Shown here: positions 63,625 through 64,000 of the stretch, piece after piece
Numbering within the stretch: position 1 is the first letter of the stretch
How the letters are laid out: every line of letters begins with the position of its first letter
From: Mytilus trossulus
Lineage: Eukaryota
Direction: 5' to 3'
Assembly (NCBI RefSeq): GCF_036588685.1
Contig: NC_086377.1
Span: forward strand, 28,458,001 to 28,522,000
DNA length: 64,000 bases
Position numbers and translations under genes: made by a program
The notes under the pieces: model-generated
Database searches by the model: none
What the model saw: only the letters and a program-made list of their open reading frames with translations
What the model was told of the DNA's origin: nothing

Positions 63625-64000
63625 ACCTTTTGTTGTTAATTACTGGTTTAACTAAACCTTCAACTAATCTAAAACTGGAGTTGTGTGTCTCTTTAGATAA
63701 CTGTAAAAAGAGCATAAATATAACAAAAATAAGTTTACGCCATAAATATAACAAAAATAAGTTTACGCCATAAATATAACAAAAGTTACTTAAATGTATT
63801 CTATGTACATAAAAAAAATTGGGCTTATACCACATTTTAGCATCGTTTGTTTACGTTTCCTTGTTGTGATGATTTTCGGTATCAAAAGCGTGTATTTTCC
63901 CGTAAAATGCTTTAATTATAACGTCATCATTCTATGACGTCGGGTACTTCATTCATAAATAAACATATGACGTGGGAGTACGATCGGAACAGCCAATGCA

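Larger units (their letters stand above)
58226..64000. repeat. 2780-bp tandem segmental duplication (units 58226-61005, 61006-63785; third begins at 63786 and runs off the window)
   Basis: All ORFs recur at +2780; I saw one substitution (a at 58602 versus c at 61382); 28-bp tandem repeat at the junction. Confidence 0.97.

Overview
AT-rich, repeat-dense animal genomic DNA. The repeat families resemble those of a bivalve such as Mytilus (inference only). Bases 1-23 kb hold a complete 11-exon mitochondrial-clan cytochrome P450 gene on the + strand. I reconstructed it by hand: all splice sites are GT-AG, the intron phases match, and the product is about 529 aa. Its introns are filled with MITEs, Penelope-like remnants and hairpin elements. 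Bases 23-36 kb are mostly transposon-derived: a Helitron-like end, a transposon-like exon on the - strand, two 5'-truncated CR1/L2-group LINEs, and Harbinger-like and HINE-like elements. Bases 37-64 kb form an unstable C2H2 zinc-finger locus containing: (i) a + strand ZF pseudogene whose dead fingers continue as an 84-bp minisatellite; (ii) a 7-copy, ~1073-bp tandem array in which the palm region of a Penelope-like reverse transcriptase is joined in frame to a captured block of zinc fingers; (iii) related 44-bp and 47-bp satellite arrays in opposite orientation; and (iv) a near-identical 2780-bp tandem duplication, each unit carrying an intact 16-finger ORF on the - strand. The most unusual structure is the RT-ZF chimeric array nested within its parent Penelope element.
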